Shown: positions 7,740 through 10,024 of the stretch, one piece after another | Numbering within the stretch: the stretch's first letter is position 1 | Layout: every line of letters starts with the position of its first letter | Assembly: GCF_006345805.1 (NCBI RefSeq) | Contig: NW_021827656.1 | Coordinates: 1 to 10,024, forward strand | Length of the DNA stretch: 10,024 nt | From: Octopus sinensis | Taxonomy: Eukaryota | Direction of reading: 5' to 3' | Made by a program: the position numbers and the translations under genes | Notes under the pieces: generated by a model | The model's input: only the letters and a program-made list of their open reading frames with translations | Told to the model about the DNA's origin: nothing | The model's database searches: none

Positions 7740-7766
7740 ATATATATATATATATATATATATATA
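7740..7766. repeat. (AT)n microsatellite flanking the ribozyme array
   Basis: Direct reading. Confidence 0.97.
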
Positions 7767-8434
7767 ACTATACATGCATATGTTTACACATATGCACACA
7801 CGCATACACAAGAAAGCCAACGAAAGAACCTCTGCATGGTCATTTTTTCCAGCTAGATATTTATAATCACTATATTTACTTCCATATATACCATCTCTCT
7901 ACTCATTACATTACACACTCCGAGATACACTCTACCACGATAACAAAATAAACAAATAAAAGACTACAGGATGTTTACTACTGAAGTAACTCTGATCACA
8001 TATTTTGCCGGGTGTTAAACAACTACAGTATTTCTAAAAGAAAGGCGTTAAATGAAAACTAAGGATCGGAACTTGCGATGTTGAAATGATTTACGACTGT
8101 AAAATGTTTGTTTTATAAATTGTTGGTCCGTTTCAGACGCTTCTCTTTCCGTTTCTTTACCTTTTTTCTTTTCTTTCCTTTGTTTTTCATAAGATCATAA
8201 ACTTCTTTCATGAGATATAAACGCCTCTAACCTTTCCTACGGTATTTCTTTTCTTTTTCTTTCTTTTTTTTCGCCTTTTTGGGAACATTTTGCCTTGCAA
8301 TTCATTTTATTGTTCTCTTATTTCTTTTTTTTTTTGTGTGTGTAGTTTTCAGTCAGGAGGAAGAGTAACGCCCAAAAACTTTTTGTAGCGCCTCTATGAC
8401 TGACTGAGCGACTAAAAATTGGTAATAGTGTTTT

Positions 8435-8508
8435 TGTTGTTGTTGTTGGTGGTGGTGGTGACAACGGCGGTGATGATGATATGTTGATGATGCTGACAAC
8501 GACAACAT

Positions 8509-8555
<47 letters not shown>

Positions 8556-8585
8556 GTGGTGATGGTGGTGGTGATGGTGGTGGTT
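8435..8585. repeat. Compound trinucleotide repeat (GTT)n(GGT)n...(GAT)n(GGT)n
   Basis: Direct reading; accounts for the poly-His ORF 8412-8603. Confidence 0.97.
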
Positions 8586-8586
8586 A

Positions 8587-8645
8587 GGCAGAATCGTTAG
8601 CACGCTGGGATAAAATGGTTAGCAGCATTTCGTTCGTCTTTTACT
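8587..8645 (+). mobile_element. 5' part of a tRNA-derived SINE, truncated by a GC-rich segment
   Basis: GGCAGAATCGTTAGCACGCTGGGATAAAATGGTTAGCAGCATTTCGTTCGTCTTTTAC resembles a recalled Octopus SINE (GGCAGAATCGTTAGCACGCCGGGCGAAATGCTTAGCGGTATTTCGTCTGTC); the expected B-box part is absent. Confidence 0.6.
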
Positions 8646-9555
8646 TCGGTTCCTGGTAGGGCCACCCAAGGCGGATTGGTCTGACACCGAGTGGTATTAG
8701 GGCCACAACCCGGCTCTGGTGAAAATCCTCGGAGTGTCTGTTTCGGCAACCGGCGGCTCCTCGGTCGTTCTGTCCCTGCGTCTGCGGACAATCTGCGGCA
8801 AACAGGATGTCTCTACATGCGGGATCGTTTGGGGACCGCTTCTGAAATCCACATATTCCCACGAAACTTCTTCCATGAATTCTCAATGGCGAATACAATG
8901 CCTCGAGGATGCTGGAAGAAGCCGACTCAACCCGCCCAGGGTGAATGTCGCCACAATTACAAATACAAGTAAGTACCTTAAATGGCTATGTAATAACAAT
9001 AATGGCAAGCGGTCATCATTCTTCCTTACATGAGCAAATCTACAAACAATAAAATGCAAACTTCAAATGGGTGAGGGGAGGACAGAGAATTTCTAGTACC
9101 TTCTGGTGAGGTCTACCTCCCTTTGAAGAGACTGTTAATTATTTAAGGCTGCTATTATATGAAAAGAAAAATGGAAAATGCATTCCGTTATTAAGTAAAT
9201 AATGCCGATCATTCTTTTTATAAGTCTATTGCTAAGTCATTGCATTGGTTTCACGCTGGGGTAAATTCTTTGAAGCCTTTTAGTCAATTATAATGATCCT
9301 ATTATTTTGGCAGGTAATATATATTATTTCCCGCAAAGGCTGAAAGGAAAAGACGACCTAGGTTGTTGGATTTGTAGAAATAACTGCTTCGTGAAAACTG
9401 AATAGTTAAAGCGTTTAAAACCACAACCGAAAAACTTTGATACATTTAAAATATTACCCGTGGTGACGAGGACAATTGTAATCAAAATAATTGCTTCTGA
9501 TGACAAAAAGAGAGGAAAAAAACAGGTGAGATAATCCGTAACGTTAATAAATTAA

Positions 9556-9727
9556 GGTGGCATGCAGGGCTGTGTGATTAAAAGGGTCGTTTTTGCCACG
9601 ACGTGGTCTCGGATTTAGCCCAACTGCGCAGTGACTCGGGCAAGTAACTTCTGGCCCCAGACAAACAAAAGCAAGGACTTGGCTTGTTTAGTGAATATGA
9701 TAGATGAACGCTATCTGAAGCAGGTCA
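9556..9727 (+). mobile_element. Degenerate tRNA-derived SINE
   Basis: GGCTGTGTGATTAA...GGATTTAGCCCAACTGCGCAGTGACTCGGGCAAGTAACTTCT is collinear with the recalled Octopus SINE GGCTGTGTGGTAAG...GGGTTCAGTCCCACTGCGTGGCACCTTGGGCAAGTGTCTTCT. Confidence 0.6.
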
Positions 9728-9781
9728 TATACACACATATAAACACAAAGACACACGTTCATATAACGTTCATATATACGC

Positions 9782-9785
<4 letters not shown>

Positions 9786-9815
<30 letters not shown>
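9786..9815. repeat. (TA)n microsatellite
   Basis: Direct reading. Confidence 0.97.
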
Positions 9816-9816
<1 letters not shown>

Positions 9817-9820
<4 letters not shown>

Positions 9821-10024
9821 TTAATCCAAACATGAAAACACAAAGAGAAAACACAAAGAGAAAACACAACAACGCGAGACGTGGAACAATATAGTGTTAT
9901 TGGACGCTCAGGAAGAAGGGAAGAAGGAGGATTTACGTTTCGAGTGGAGCTCTTCGTCAGAAACAATAGGAAGGGAAGACGGAGGGAAAAAAACTCGCCC
10001 ACGGTACACCGCGACATACACACA
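9817..10024 (-). mobile_element. Probable Penelope-like terminal repeat fragment carrying a minimal hammerhead
   Basis: Abuts (TA)n at its minus-strand 3' end, contains CUGACGA...GAAACGUA and a short internal duplication GAAAACACAAAGA x2. The right boundary is uncertain and may lie beyond the window. Confidence 0.5.
9930..9964 (-). ncRNA. Minimal type I hammerhead ribozyme motif
   Basis: Minus strand: GUUU-CUGACGA (9960-9954)-A-GAG-CUCCA-CUC-GAAA (9941-9938)-CG-UA-AAUC. Palindromic ACGU helix III, GUA triplet (cut after 9934), weak helix I (3 of 4 pairs). Confidence 0.65.

Larger units (their letters stand above)
6388..7741 (-). mobile_element. Tandem array of a ~493-nt hammerhead-bearing unit (Penelope pLTR-like / non-LTR retrozyme-like) with a terminal inverted fragment
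   Basis: TAATTAATCAATATAGGGTGCC starts at 6388, 6881 and 7375; the third copy is partial (to about 7598). 7611-7741 is the near-exact reverse complement of 6496-6626. (TA)n lies on both sides. Confidence 0.85.

Noticed and set aside
8412-8603. Poly-His ORF
   Set aside because: Antisense read-through of (GAT)n/(GGT)n repeats.
8745-8810. HDV-like ribozyme around GGC-TCCTCG-GTC
   Set aside because: The L3-like TCCTCG and a possible P1 exist, but the bases after P1 are CC rather than the GG needed for P1.1, and no consistent P2 was found.

Overview
AT-rich, microsatellite-dense eukaryotic non-coding DNA. From recalled repeat families it is most likely a cephalopod (Octopus-like) genome; this is inference, not a search result. 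No intact host gene is supported: most listed ORFs are microsatellite read-throughs or antisense/out-of-frame readings of a decayed Tc1/mariner (maT-like) transposase at about 5484-6010. The main signal is RNA structure. Six hammerhead-ribozyme (HHR) motifs from four apparently unrelated repeat families are present. The best is a type I HHR on the minus strand of a ~493-nt tandem unit (6388-7741; 2 full copies, 1 partial copy and 1 inverted fragment that starts at the predicted cleavage site), an architecture like Penelope-like-element pseudo-LTRs or non-LTR retrozymes. A 384-389-nt duplicated unit carries a minimal HHR-like motif with a compensatory U3:A8 core. A minimal HHR lies at 9930-9964 and a decayed one at 3846-3943. 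Also present: a Mutator-like MITE with a 9-bp TSD, several degenerate tRNA-derived SINE pieces and an unassigned GC-rich insert. Homopolymer indels between repeat copies suggest long-read errors, so single-base details need confirmation.
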